Source: Oligoflexia bacterium
Lineage (GTDB): Bacteria; Bdellovibrionota; UBA1018
Direction of reading: 5' to 3'
Assembly: GCA_043732485.1 (NCBI GenBank)
Contig: JAYTHP010000230.1
Coordinates: 1-54,584 of the forward strand
DNA length: 54,584 nucleotides
Shown here: positions 54,080-54,584 of the stretch, one piece after another
How the letters are laid out: every line of letters starts with the position of its first letter
How positions within the stretch are numbered: the first letter of the stretch is position 1
Position numbers and translations under genes: made by a program
Notes under the pieces: model-generated
What the model was told of the DNA's origin: nothing
What the model saw: only the letters and a program-made list of their open reading frames with translations
Databases searched by the model: none

Positions 54080-54584
54080 TTAGGACGAAGGAAGCCTGAA
54101 CCAGCTCAGGGTTCCGTCATCACAGACCACCACCCGCGTCTGACCTAAACGCACGGATTGACTCGGAGCCGCACTTTCCTCATGCGGGATTTGCGCTAAA
54201 AACTGCAGCTCCCGCCCCGAGGCATCGATCCTGAGTAGGACGCTGCGCCTAGATCCGGCCCGCACCTCCTCCACACCCCATTCGACGCTCTCCCCCCCGC
54301 TCTCAGAGGTGGCCCCTTGTGGCAAGGCCAAGGCAAAATCCACCGGCAAACCCTCGATTCGCCAGTTTTCTTGCCACAGTGGGGCTTGAGCGCTGGCCAG
54401 AAACTGACCCTGGCTGGAATGACCGGCATAAAAAACCGTCTGCCCACTGAAACTGATCACCACCTGCTGCGGCCTGAAATGGGGTAAAAAGTCGCCTTCC
54501 ACCCCCCCTTGCGCATTGAAAATCAAGATACGAGCAGCGGCCTCCCCCCTCCCCGTAGGAGCGGACGAGGCGGAAGCCGCTGGA
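54080..54584 (-). CDS. 3' part of a hypothetical protein (open to window end)
   Basis: Frame stays open from 54583 to the stop at 54080; beta-rich, possibly propeller-like end (VVVCDDGTLSWFRL). Confidence 0.5.
   Translation of the reverse strand, partial: PAASASSAPTGRGEAAARILIFNAQGGVEGDFLPHFRPQQVVISFSGQTVFYAGHSSQGQFLASAQAPLWQENWRIEGLPVDFALALPQGATSESGGESVEWGVEEVRAGSRRSVLLRIDASGRELQFLAQIPHEESAAPSQSVRLGQTRVVVCDDGTLSWFRLPSS

Overview
Mostly core chromosome of a Gram-negative bacterium; gene order and protein style suggest Bdellovibrionota/Oligoflexia-like (inference only). Left to right: str/S10 ribosomal cluster (rpsL-rpsG-fusA-rpsJ, no tuf, then rplC-D-W-B-rpsS-rplV-rpsC); a putative OM beta-barrel and a signal-peptide KatG; clpP-clpX-lon; acyl-CoA thioesterase, murI, speA-pepP-dusB; an unusually long (~600 nt) RNase P RNA with zinc-ribbon and Nif3 genes; a ~7.5 kb accessory block beside tRNA-Ile2(CAU) (GAF-HK-HD fusion, receiver protein, large polytopic membrane protein, frameshifted Gtr-like pseudogene); rpsU-yqeY-mpg-dnaG-rpoD; a five-gene mevalonate cluster; lptC(+A fusion)-lptB-rpoN; and an accessory end with a GT90 glycosyltransferase. 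No CRISPR array, integrase or transposase was seen, and I found no clearly novel multi-gene system. Best leads: the expanded RNase P RNA, pervasive low-complexity insertions in housekeeping genes, the HK/HD-GYP-like fusion with an internal RBS, a 4x13-bp repeat with CtsR-like heptads before clpP, the domain-IV-degenerate EF-G, and the LptC-LptA fusion.
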